The notes under the pieces: generated by a model | What the model saw: only the letters and a program-made list of their open reading frames with translations | The model's database searches: none | Told to the model about the DNA's origin: nothing | DNA from: Oligoflexales bacterium | GTDB lineage: Bacteria; Bdellovibrionota_B; Oligoflexia; Oligoflexales; JAPPIL01 | Length of the DNA: 64,000 bases | Assembly: GCA_965215515.1 (NCBI GenBank) | Contig: OZ244057.1 | Span: 768,001-832,000 of the forward strand | Direction: 5' to 3' | In this document: positions 19,385 through 28,143 of the stretch, piece after piece | Layout of the letters: every line of letters starts with the position of its first letter | Position numbering within the stretch: position 1 is the stretch's first letter | Translations under genes and position numbers: made by a program

Positions 19385-20238
19385 ACGCTAGAGTCTCCAT
19401 GTTTCTTTGTGCTACCTTGCTAATTAGTTATTTGATTTGGGGAGATAGGTTTGTGGCTGGAGAGCAAAGGGGAATGCGGGGTAGGCATCTGCAGGCTGGC
19501 CATCCACATGATGCCATCTTTCAAAAGATCTACAAAAATAAAGAATTTGTGCAAGAAATTGTGGCGCTAAGCTTCACCGAGGCAGAGTTAGAGGTGTTAG
19601 ACTTAACTAGGGTGCGCATCGATGAGAGCGAAGCGAGGGATATTGCAGGCAAGAGTCGCCGCCCTGATCTTGTCGTCTCTGTCGATCTCAAAGGCGATGC
19701 AGGTGAGCCGCCGCTAACCATCTGCATAGTTTTTGAGTTCAAGGCGCATAGGGTAAACGATGTTCTTCTACAGATCAAGGAGTACCACACGGAACTGTGT
19801 CGTCGCACAGGTGGCATCGTCATTCCTATCGTTTTGCTGTGTTGCGAGGACGAGAATTTCGCTCCTCCTAGTGACTACAACAGTTGGGTGTTCAGGAATA
19901 GGAGGGGGGAGATACCTGCGGCGGTGCAGTCGCTGTAACATCTCAATCCTAATTTTTTCTGTAAAATCATAAATCTGCACAAACTGTCGGACAGTGTTTT
20001 GCGTCGGGCTGAATCTACGGGGGTAGTTATCGAGGCTATTCGCCGTTTTTGGCGTGCGACGGAAGAAGATGTGGCGTTGCTGTTGCGGAAAGCGCGTGAG
20101 ATTCCAGCTGTGCACAGGGGTATTGTGATGATTCCGCTAACGGACTACTATGAATATACCGATGGGGGGTTTGGGAGGGGTGAGTTTGATCGCATTGAGC
20201 GGGAGTATTGGCCAGGTCTACGTGAGGAGGAGAGACTT

Positions 20239-20559
20239 ATGCCCACGATAGAATTCAGTCTTGACAAGGCGGAGAGGCGTGGTGTTGAGCGTGGTCTCAG
20301 GCAGGGTATCGAACAGGGTATCGAACAGGGCATCGAACAGGGTATCGAACGGGGCATCGAACGGGGCATCGAACAAGGTATTGAACGGGGCATCGAGCAA
20401 GGTATTGAACAGGGCATCGAACAGGGCATCGAGCGGAAGCAGCGGGATGTTATCGCTCGGATGCTGGCGAAAGGTATGCCTGACGAGCAGATCTGTGATG
20501 TTATACAGCTCAGCGGAGAAGAGCTGGCCGACATTAAGCGCACTCTCAACCGTGGCTAG
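20239..20559 (+). CDS. Putative RpnS-like small C-terminal protein from an internal start
   Basis: GAGGAGGAGAGACTT-ATG: strong RBS before [15 protein letters not shown]...(GIEQ)n...[21 protein letters not shown]. Confidence 0.6.
   Translation: MPTIEFSLDKAERRGVERGLRQGIEQGIEQGIEQGIERGIERGIEQGIERGIEQGIEQGIEQGIERKQRDVIARMLAKGMPDEQICDVIQLSGEELADIKRTLNRG
20305..20436 (+). repeat. 12-bp coding tandem repeat x11 (GIEQ/GIER)
   Basis: GGYATYGARCRR units read directly from the sequence. Confidence 0.95.
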
Positions 20560-20565
20560 CGAACA

Positions 20566-20628
20566 ACGTGCTGACTGCCCACCCCCATCTACATGCTTTG
20601 CAAAGCGGTGGCAACTATTGCGTACCCT
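20566..20628 (+). repeat. 63-bp direct repeat, copy 2
   Basis: Matches 8983-9045 with 2 mismatches; contains the stop and last codons of the NERD-helicase gene. Confidence 0.95.
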
Positions 20629-22589
20629 TCATTTTTGGGGGTAAAACGCAATTTTTGTCCAATTTTAATGACAAGCCCCGCTTTTTTTACATCGTGAGGG
20701 AAAAACATCAGATTACTCTTGGCGAGATTTTGCCCCGCAATACTTAACCAGCCAACCCGCTGCGGATCATACCAAGTAACCGTGCCGACAAACTCCTGCA
20801 GGGTAGCTTTGCTATCGATAACCAATGCTCCTGCACTTTTGATCGTCGTCAACGCTTTTCTACAGGCAGTAGTCTTGCTATCCCCATCACGAGTAAAAAC
20901 ATACAGCATGTGCTGAGCCCGTGTGCTGGCAACGTAAAACAAACTAGACATAATAGGATGCTCAATGGGTAACTGATATTCACTGAGGTTAACCAAAATA
21001 GCAATACGACTCTCCAAGCCCTTGAAAGCCTGAATAGTTGCCAACAATAAACTACCCTGCGGTTGCTCCGCCAACCCCGTTTTGCCCCGCTGCTGCCGTA
21101 AACGAAAACGATGTAAAGGCAAACCCGCCACCTCTCGTACACCCCTGAACAAAGATACATTAGCATTTGGTTCTCGCCCTGACAAAATAGCAATCTCATG
21201 GGGTTTTACCATCTCTTGCTTAACAAGATAGGTGATCAGCTTTTGCAATTGCGCTAAAAAATCTTGTTGCTGCCGATAAACAAACAAACGTGGCTCGTAG
21301 CCAAGTCGGCCACAGTGACTTTGTAAAATGGAATCACCAGTTCTAAATGCACGTGCAAAGGTGGCAATTTCACGGGTAGTACGGTAATTATGAACGAGAG
21401 GAAAATAAGGTGCAGGGATAGGCAACACCACATCAGGATCAAATTTTTCTTGTTTACCACCCGAACCAAAAATCCCCTGACTGCGATCGAAGAACAAATA
21501 AAAACGTGCCTCACGCCCTTGCAATAGCTCCCGCAACGCTTGCCACCAAAAGGGCTGCACGTCCTGTGCTTCATCACAAATTAAAACATCATAAAAATTT
21601 TTTTGCTGGCGAATTTTTTTCTCTAAGGTTTCAGGAGCAGCAAATTGCATCCAATCTTCACGGCTACCTCTATGCGTATCGGGCGGTATAAGCATGTTCA
21701 CACCAAAAGAAGTCGCCAATTCAAGATAAGTGTTAACCTGTGCAGTATCAGCAAGTTCTGCTTTTATTGCCAGACTTTGCAGCGGGTTAGACGATAGTAG
21801 CAACACTTTTTGCCCGACATTACTAAAATGTCGTGCTAACAAAACAGCTAACATACTCTTCCCTGTGCCTGCTTCGCCCTCAATACCAAGCCAACGACTG
21901 CTGCTCAACGGCGTAACTAAAGTTTCGTGAATAGTATCGAGATCACGCAAACGTAAATCGTGACTATCGATGTAATCACGCACATAAAGACGAGAGGTGA
22001 AAGTTGTCCCCAGCAAAAATTTAGTAAGTTTCTTTCCGACGTCACTAAAAGTGCGAAATTTTTCAGGAATTGACCGCTGCATAATGGTGAGTAGTGATTT
22101 TTCAAGACTTTCATAACGTTGACGACCGATGACAATCGCTGGCTCAATGGCAGCGCTGACAGGTAACTCATCCTCATGCACAGAAGGAAAACATACCGCA
22201 TGACAGACAGGTACACGCAAACGCTGTTGTTTCAACTGCAACAAAAACCTGCTCTTCCAGACTAAGGCTTGCTGAAACGGATTTTTAATTGGAAACAATT
22301 CATCAAAACGATTTAGGGAGAAAAATTTGCCCTCTGTATGCCGTATCCGACCCCCCTTAACTTCAACCACCACAATGCCATACCGTGGATGATAGAGCAC
22401 AAAATCCATTTCATTGTCGAGCATCCCCCTGCCTTCTTCGAGGGCCGCAAGGTTACAGGAATAGTATATTTGCCAATGTCTGGAAAATTTTTTGCATTTA
22501 CGGTAAAAGTTTTCTTCCGCTCTGCTCTGAAACACTACCCGTGTTCTGTTTATGTCTGGCATTACCTGTGCCATCTCTTTCCCCCCCAC
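20589..22589 (-). CDS. NERD nuclease + SF1 (UvrD-like) helicase + C-terminal cold-shock-like OB domain
   Basis: EMDFVLYHPRYGIVVVEVKGG (NERD); GEAGTGKS, DEAQD, HNYRTT, TIQAFKGLE, YVASTRA (SF1); C-terminal GTVTWYDPQRVGWL...FFPHDV...GQKLRF. Confidence 0.85.
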   Translation of the reverse strand: MGGKEMAQVMPDINRTRVVFQSRAEENFYRKCKKFSRHWQIYYSCNLAALEEGRGMLDNEMDFVLYHPRYGIVVVEVKGGRIRHTEGKFFSLNRFDELFPIKNPFQQALVWKSRFLLQLKQQRLRVPVCHAVCFPSVHEDELPVSAAIEPAIVIGRQRYESLEKSLLTIMQRSIPEKFRTFSDVGKKLTKFLLGTTFTSRLYVRDYIDSHDLRLRDLDTIHETLVTPLSSSRWLGIEGEAGTGKSMLAVLLARHFSNVGQKVLLLSSNPLQSLAIKAELADTAQVNTYLELATSFGVNMLIPPDTHRGSREDWMQFAAPETLEKKIRQQKNFYDVLICDEAQDVQPFWWQALRELLQGREARFYLFFDRSQGIFGSGGKQEKFDPDVVLPIPAPYFPLVHNYRTTREIATFARAFRTGDSILQSHCGRLGYEPRLFVYRQQQDFLAQLQKLITYLVKQEMVKPHEIAILSGREPNANVSLFRGVREVAGLPLHRFRLRQQRGKTGLAEQPQGSLLLATIQAFKGLESRIAILVNLSEYQLPIEHPIMSSLFYVASTRAQHMLYVFTRDGDSKTTACRKALTTIKSAGALVIDSKATLQEFVGTVTWYDPQRVGWLSIAGQNLAKSNLMFFPHDVKKAGLVIKIGQKLRFTPKNEGYAIVATALQSM

Positions 22590-22651
22590 CGCGTATCGGC
22601 AGACGGAGTTTCTCGCTGTAGTGTTTCCAGGTGGGAGGGTAGGCGATGTGG

Positions 22652-23845
22652 TTAAGTTGTTTTTTTTAATTCTTGTAAACCCTTAGCCAGCAGAGCCAAT
22701 GCTTCCTGCGTGTACCGCTCGGGCGCGGTGCAGCTAAGCCTGATATGCCTCTCCACACCAAAAGACTCGCCAGGGACGACGATCAGTTTGTGTTTGTCGA
22801 ACAGCCATTCCGAGAAAGCGAGCGCTGTAGGGCAAGAGGTGCGTGTCAACCAGGCAGGCAGCTGCGGAAAAGTATAGAACGCTCCTTGGGCAGGTGTAAA
22901 AACCAACTCTGGTAACATGTCACGCAGCCACTGTTGCAGTTTTTGTAATTTTGTGGCGATGGTGTCAATCATCTCCTGCATCAAGGTTTTACCTTGTGTC
23001 AAAGCGAAGATAGCCGCGCTCTCGGTGAAGGAAGGCAAGCAGGTGGTGGAGTGGCTTTGGAGTTTTCTGATGTTGGCGATAATATCTTTGTTGCCTAGAG
23101 CATAACCGACACGCCAGCCAGTCATGGCAAAACCTTTGGAGAGGCCATTGATGAGGATGGTGCGGTCTCGCAACTGGGGGCAGACGTTTAGGATAGAATA
23201 GTGCCGCCGTTCGTTGTTGAAGTTGAGGTATTCGTAAATCTCATCGCTGATAATCCACCAGTTTTGGCTCTGTAGATAAGCACCCAGTTCCTCGTAAGCA
23301 GCGCGACTCGGCACATGCCCTGTGGGGTTGTGGGGAAAATTCAACACTATCGCTCTAGTGCGCGGTGTCGCCCAACGCGCTAATTGCTCGACACGAGGCA
23401 AGGGCTGTGTAGCATCGTAAGGCACAACCACCGCCTTCGCCTCGCATATTTTAGCTTGTTCGAGATAACTAACCCAATGCGGTGCAAGGAGGATAACCTC
23501 ATCGCCGCGAGCGAGAATCGACAGGAAACTGTGCAGGAGCACCTCCTTCGTGCCACAACCGCAGACAACTTCATCTTCTCTGTAGTCGAGTTGGTTCTCA
23601 CGCTTGTATTTGGCTACCACTGCACGCCGCAACTCAGCCGTTCCTCCCGCGGTGGAATAGTAGACATGCCCCGTAGCCATCGTTGCCATCGCCCTCTGCA
23701 CGATTGCAGAGGGAGTCGGTATCCCTGGCTCTCCTTGTGCGAGGCTGTGGAAACCAATTCCCTGGGCACGCAAGGCGCGCGCCTTGGTGTTTAAGCCGAT
23801 GGTCAGAGACGGACGCAACGCCGACATGCGCGGGGCAAGATGCAT
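22652..23845 (-). CDS. Class I PLP-dependent (aspartate-type) aminotransferase
   Basis: GEP, NFPHNPTG, ISDEIY and GLSKGFAMTGWRVGY motifs. Start ATG 23845, since the longer ORF overlaps the 6S RNA. Confidence 0.93.
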   Translation of the reverse strand: MHLAPRMSALRPSLTIGLNTKARALRAQGIGFHSLAQGEPGIPTPSAIVQRAMATMATGHVYYSTAGGTAELRRAVVAKYKRENQLDYREDEVVCGCGTKEVLLHSFLSILARGDEVILLAPHWVSYLEQAKICEAKAVVVPYDATQPLPRVEQLARWATPRTRAIVLNFPHNPTGHVPSRAAYEELGAYLQSQNWWIISDEIYEYLNFNNERRHYSILNVCPQLRDRTILINGLSKGFAMTGWRVGYALGNKDIIANIRKLQSHSTTCLPSFTESAAIFALTQGKTLMQEMIDTIATKLQKLQQWLRDMLPELVFTPAQGAFYTFPQLPAWLTRTSCPTALAFSEWLFDKHKLIVVPGESFGVERHIRLSCTAPERYTQEALALLAKGLQELKKTT

Positions 23846-23874
23846 GATACAACAACTCCCTGTCGTCGAGAGGA

Positions 23875-24069
23875 GAGTCGCAGAGCCTGTGTAGCGGGAA
23901 CCCACCTTCGACTAGGTGGGTGTCTCGGCTGACGCTTTAGGCTTCCTCCTAGCCTGCAGATGACTACTGAAGATCGTACCCATCGCAGGCGGCGGCTCGC
24001 TCACCACGCAGACACCAGACTCCCAATAAATACGTATCGGTTCCAACGTATGGACATGCTCTGCAACTC
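23875..24069 (-). ncRNA. ssrS: 6S RNA
   Basis: About 195-nt rod. 5' GAGTTGCAGAGC pairs with 3' GCTCTGCGACTC; GGAACC/GGTTCC inner stem; A/U-rich 5' bubble strand; CACCCACCT...AGGTGGGTTC 3' bubble hairpin; sigma70 promoter correctly placed upstream. Confidence 0.82.
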
Positions 24070-24075
24070 GGCCGT

Positions 24076-24104
24076 ATTGTAGCTCACGTGTCGTCGTGTG
24101 TCCA
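24076..24104 (-). promoter_or_regulatory. Sigma70 promoter of the 6S RNA
   Basis: TGGACA-N17-TACAAT on the minus strand, 6 nt before the start of the closing stem. Confidence 0.75.
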
Positions 24105-24173
24105 CGCTTTTTTAGGCTAGCTCAGAGACGAGCTACGCCAGAATGGCGTGGTAGTTTTGTAGAGGGAGGCGGC

Positions 24174-24929
24174 TCAAAAATTAACCAGCCCATATCGGTC
24201 GGCAAATTTTTCGTTCATGCTGCGGTCGATTAGCGATGGTTTGAGCATTGAAAGGCTGACGTAGCCTGTGTCGACGGCGACACAGTCGGTACCTGGGGTT
24301 TTGTCGTCGAAACCGCCAAAAGTCCAGCCCATCCAGTAGTAGGGGATGTTACGGGGGTTAGGGGCTTGGTAGAATTTTTTTTCGTAGTGACGTGTGCCGA
24401 GGGTAGCGAAGCGCATGCCTTTGATTTTATCGACAGGCAGATTGGGAATGTTGACGTTGAGGACGCGCCCTGCTGGCACGTGGGGGGCGAATTTTTGCAG
24501 CGCACGGCGTAGTACTGTTTCTGCACTGTCGAAGTGGTACGGTGGCAAGCCACACAGTGACAAGGCGATGGCAGGCAGATCGTTCATGGCAGCCTCGATC
24601 GCCGCGGCGACTGTGCCTGAATAAATGGTGTCTTGACCGAGATTTGCCCCGTGGTTGACCCCGCTGATGACGAGGTCGGGTTTCGTGCCTGCGAGCAGTT
24701 CGTGCAGGGCAAACTTGATGCAATCAGCGGGTGTGCCGCCGAGTGCGTAGACATGTTCCCGTATCTTGCGCAGGCGCAAGGGCTCGTCTTTGGTAATGGA
24801 ATGGCTTTTGCCCGACTGCTCGGTGAAGGGGGCAACGGCGAGAAAGTCACCGCGCGCCTCGGCCACGGCAACGGCGGTGGTGAGACCCTCGGCATTGATG
24901 CCATCGTCGTTGGTCAGTAAAATTTTCAA
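24174..24929 (-). CDS. surE: 5'/3'-nucleotidase SurE
   Basis: (M)KILLTNDDGI, EQSGKSHSIT, GTPADC and SGVNHGANLGQDTIYSGTVAAA motifs. TTG start overlaps the upstream stop. Confidence 0.95.
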   Translation of the reverse strand: MKILLTNDDGINAEGLTTAVAVAEARGDFLAVAPFTEQSGKSHSITKDEPLRLRKIREHVYALGGTPADCIKFALHELLAGTKPDLVISGVNHGANLGQDTIYSGTVAAAIEAAMNDLPAIALSLCGLPPYHFDSAETVLRRALQKFAPHVPAGRVLNVNIPNLPVDKIKGMRFATLGTRHYEKKFYQAPNPRNIPYYWMGWTFGGFDDKTPGTDCVAVDTGYVSLSMLKPSLIDRSMNEKFADRYGLVNF

Positions 24930-25600
24930 TCGACAGCTTCTCCCAGGGCAGGGAGGATGTTGTCGAAGTGCGTGATTATCACGTAGGGAGATACTATGGT
25001 GTGCAAATTGCCTTCCGAGTCTATGTATGCCACTATCATAAGTTCGTAGAAATTGCTGTCGTACACTGCCACTACCAGACCATGCCAAAACTTTTTGTCC
25101 TTGTCGTGGCTGGTGAGCATTACCTGTCGATGTTCGTCGTGGTGTGCATCTATGCGAATCCCGCGCACTTGGTCGGTTTTGGCAGTCATGATGCTGCCGT
25201 CGTAGAGGTCGATGCTAACTTCATCGGACGCGAGAGCATCGGCAACGTAGCCCACATAGTCACGCCCTCCGCTGACAAAATGCACGTGCCGCCCCACTAT
25301 CTCCTCGGGACTGCGCACATATTGCTGTTGCAGTGCGACTCCTCGCAAAGCTGTTCCACCTCCGCAGGATAGGTGGGAGGTGCACATGAGCAGCGCGAGA
25401 CCTGCGCCTGCGATAAGTTTTTGCCTTGAGACGTGACTGCCCTGTCCTTTGACGACGAACTGTGTCAATTTCTGCGTTACCTTTGTGAGGCGTTTCCGCC
25501 CTTTGGCGAGCTGGAGATTGCCTTGTTTGCCGTAACCTGTGTCTGCTGTGCTGCTCAACAGCAAAGAAGCAAGCGCCAGAACACAGCTTCCTATGCGCAT
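24926..25600 (-). CDS. Unknown secreted protein, paralog family member 1
   Basis: Signal peptide, internal LMCTSHLSC, core VGRHVHF...GIRIDAHHD...HGLVVAVYDSN. AAGGAGG RBS. Confidence 0.8.
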   Translation of the reverse strand: MRIGSCVLALASLLLSSTADTGYGKQGNLQLAKGRKRLTKVTQKLTQFVVKGQGSHVSRQKLIAGAGLALLMCTSHLSCGGGTALRGVALQQQYVRSPEEIVGRHVHFVSGGRDYVGYVADALASDEVSIDLYDGSIMTAKTDQVRGIRIDAHHDEHRQVMLTSHDKDKKFWHGLVVAVYDSNFYELMIVAYIDSEGNLHTIVSPYVIITHFDNILPALGEAVD

Positions 25601-25654
25601 ATCTTCCTCCTTAATCTACGTGCAATAACTACCCGCTGGGGGGGCGGGTCTAAA

Positions 25655-26386
25655 TCATCGTGCCTGTGGTGTCAAGTTTTGTCGTTGTTGTTGCCAGGTA
25701 AAACGAATATAGGGAGCATCGTCTTCGGAGTATAATTCTTCTCGTGCGCCGAAGAGGTTAGTTTTGTGGGTAATTTTTACGGCTTGGATACCGTTAGTGT
25801 AGACGGCGATGACCGTACCGTCGTAGTGCGTAAAGCCCGCCATTTCGCTAGGCAGCGTTACCTCTTGTCCGACATCGGGATGGTCGTCGATGAGATAGCC
25901 TGCAACGTCGTCGGGAGCGGCGGTGCGTTCGTATCTGTGGCCGTAGCCACGCACTGTCACCGAGTGTTTTTCTACCGTGACAACTTCGGCAAGCATAGGC
26001 TGGTAGCCGAATGCGACGGGTTTAAGGATGTAGACATGCTGGCGAACGATCGGTGGTTCATTCTCTTCTTCCGTGGCAGTAAACTCACGTTGCGCGGTGA
26101 GCACGGCTGTACTGATAGCTTCGGCTTGCATCGCACTGCTGGGGTTGAACAGGCCAATTTCGTAGAGAGCGGGTTTCACTACCGCACACGAGAGTGTGGT
26201 GCAGGCAAATGCGGTCGTGAGCAGTAGTTGTTGGAGGAGAGGGTAGCCTGCGGTCTTGAACCCCCCCGCCTGGATGACACGGGCGATGATGCGCTTGTTG
26301 GTGCAGCTGTGTGCCCGTGCTGTCTCCGTGCCGTGGAGGGCAAGGACGGCGTAGAGCAGTAGGGCGGGGGTTATTTTGTTGCGCAT
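25655..26386 (-). CDS. Unknown secreted protein, paralog family member 2
   Basis: Signal peptide, internal FACTTLSC, core VRQHVYI...GYLIDDHPD...DGTVIAVYTNG. Confidence 0.8.
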   Translation of the reverse strand: MRNKITPALLLYAVLALHGTETARAHSCTNKRIIARVIQAGGFKTAGYPLLQQLLLTTAFACTTLSCAVVKPALYEIGLFNPSSAMQAEAISTAVLTAQREFTATEEENEPPIVRQHVYILKPVAFGYQPMLAEVVTVEKHSVTVRGYGHRYERTAAPDDVAGYLIDDHPDVGQEVTLPSEMAGFTHYDGTVIAVYTNGIQAVKITHKTNLFGAREELYSEDDAPYIRFTWQQQRQNLTPQAR

Positions 26387-26406
26387 CGTGTCGATCTCCC
26401 GTGCGG

Positions 26407-27180
26407 TTAGGTTCTTGTTCCCGTGCCCTTGTACAGCAGAAAAACATCGAGGCAGAACAACGACGCAGCGAAAGCGGCGAGGATCGCGAAACCAGCGTAA
26501 GCACTTAGGTCGCTGACACCGAGAAAACCGTAACGGAAGCCGTTTACCATGTAGAGGATGGGGTTAGCAAGGGAAACTTTCTGCCAGATTTCTGGCAAGG
26601 TACTGATGCTGTAGAACACGCCGCCGAGGTAGGTCAAGGGGACAAGGATGAAGGTAGGTATGATGGAGATATCATCGAATTTCTTGGCGAACAGGGCGTT
26701 GAGGAAACCGCCGAGCGAAAAGGTTAGGGCTGTTAGGACGGAGAAGGCGATGATGATGAACCAGCTGTGGACTTGTAGTTTGGTGAATAGCAGGGAGATG
26801 ATGCAGACGGTTGTGCCTGTCAGCAAGCCGCGAAAGATGCCACCACCTGCGAAGCCGAGCACGATGCAGAAGTTGTTGATGGGGGCAACCATCAGCTCTT
26901 CGATGCTTTTCTGGAATTTGAGGCTGAAGAAGGATGAGCAGACGTTGATATATGAGTTGGAGATGATGCTCATCATAATCAGCCCTGGGGTGATGAACTG
27001 CATATAGGAGAAACCTTCTGCCATGCTGATTTTGTCGCCGATCAGCTTGCCGAAGACGATAAAATACAGTGCCATGGTGATGGCGGGGGGGATGATCGAC
27101 TGACTCCAGATACGGATGATGCGCACACATTCTTTGTGTAGTAGGGTGTAGAGAGCGATGCACTGCCGTTTGAATCCCAT
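26407..27180 (-). CDS. yadH: ABC-2 type transporter permease (YadH-like)
   Basis: RIWSQSIIPPAITMALYFIVFG, YMQFITPGLIMM, FDDISIIPTFILVPLTYLGGVFYS and NPILYMVNGFRYG motifs. Confidence 0.9.
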   Translation of the reverse strand: MGFKRQCIALYTLLHKECVRIIRIWSQSIIPPAITMALYFIVFGKLIGDKISMAEGFSYMQFITPGLIMMSIISNSYINVCSSFFSLKFQKSIEELMVAPINNFCIVLGFAGGGIFRGLLTGTTVCIISLLFTKLQVHSWFIIIAFSVLTALTFSLGGFLNALFAKKFDDISIIPTFILVPLTYLGGVFYSISTLPEIWQKVSLANPILYMVNGFRYGFLGVSDLSAYAGFAILAAFAASLFCLDVFLLYKGTGTRT

Positions 27181-27183
27181 CGG

Positions 27184-28122
27184 CTATTGTCTCGTGGTAA
27201 GGTTGAGGAACAGTTGTTCGATACGGTTGGTTTTATTGGTGATGTTTTTAATCTTGATGCCTGCGGCACTTAGTTTGTTGAGGGCATCGCCGAGCATTTC
27301 GACGGCGGTGATGTTTATTTCTAGTGTGTGATCGTCTATTTTGGCAATTTTGTATGTGTCCGTGCCGTTGGGTAAGGGGTGGGTATCCTGTGGGGTGAAG
27401 CGGTTTGCAACGGTGACGAGGAACGATTGGGTGCGCAGTTTAGCCAACAGGGCGTTGAGGGGTGAGTCTTCAACGATATGTCCTTTGTCGATGATGGCGA
27501 CGTGGTCGCACAGCTTTTCTACTTCTTCGAGGTAGTGGGTGGTGAGGATGATGGTTGTGCCGCGGTCGTTCAGCTCTTTCAGTAGCTCCCACATTTGGTA
27601 TCTTATCTCAATATCTGCTCCTGCTGAGGGTTCATCGAGAATCAGCAGGCGAGGGTGGTTGACGAGGGCGCGTGCTAGCATCAAGCGACGTTTCATGCCG
27701 CCTGATAGGCTACGGGATGTGGAGCGGCGCTTGTACCATAGTTTGAGTTTTTTCAGTACTTCGGCACTGCGTTGTCGTGCTTCATGACGAGACAGACCGA
27801 AGTAGCCCGCTTGATTTTTTACCACGTCGCCAACTTTTTCGAAGATGTTGAAGTTAAATTCTTGCGGCACGACTCCTATCATCTCCTTCACTTGCGTGCG
27901 GTCACGGTCGAGATCGTGTCCGAAGACGCTTATCTTTCCTGCGGTGCGGGTGACGAGGCTGGTGATAATACCGATGGTGGTTGATTTGCCCGCCCCGTTA
28001 GGGCCGAGGAGAGCGAAGAAACTCCCCTCGGCGATGGTAAAACTCACGTCTTGCAGAGCGATGGTGTCGGGGGTGTAAACCTTAGTGAGTCCTTCAACCT
28101 TGAGTGCTGGTGGTTTCTTCAA
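27184..28122 (-). CDS. yadG: ABC transporter ATP-binding protein (YadG-like)
   Basis: GPNGAGKST, VPQEFNFN, LSGGMKRR, LILDEP and LTTHYLEE motifs. Confidence 0.9.
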   Translation of the reverse strand: MKKPPALKVEGLTKVYTPDTIALQDVSFTIAEGSFFALLGPNGAGKSTTIGIITSLVTRTAGKISVFGHDLDRDRTQVKEMIGVVPQEFNFNIFEKVGDVVKNQAGYFGLSRHEARQRSAEVLKKLKLWYKRRSTSRSLSGGMKRRLMLARALVNHPRLLILDEPSAGADIEIRYQMWELLKELNDRGTTIILTTHYLEEVEKLCDHVAIIDKGHIVEDSPLNALLAKLRTQSFLVTVANRFTPQDTHPLPNGTDTYKIAKIDDHTLEINITAVEMLGDALNKLSAAGIKIKNITNKTNRIEQLFLNLTTRQ

Positions 28123-28143
28123 AGGTAGTTTTTTCTGGTCAAG

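Larger units (their letters stand above)
19453..20559 (+). pseudogene. Rpn/YhgA-like PD-(D/E)XK recombination-promoting nuclease with one in-frame stop (TAA 19936-19938)
   Basis: HPHDAIFQK...RRPDLVV...VFEFK nuclease motifs. ORFs 19315-19938 and 19999-20559 are in the same frame and the intervening codons are open. Typical Rpn (GIEQ)n C-terminus. Confidence 0.85.

Noticed and set aside
19938..19999. Apparent frameshift or two-gene split of rpn
   Set aside because: Both ORFs are in the same frame; it is a single nonsense codon. No evidence for recoding, since TAA ends other genes normally here.
20148..20644. Alternative-frame and antisense repeat ORFs ([16 protein letters not shown])
   Set aside because: Shadows of the 12-bp GIEQ repeat in rpn.
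24930..25088. N-terminal extension of SurE
   Set aside because: It overlaps the upstream gene; homology starts at the TTG at 24929.
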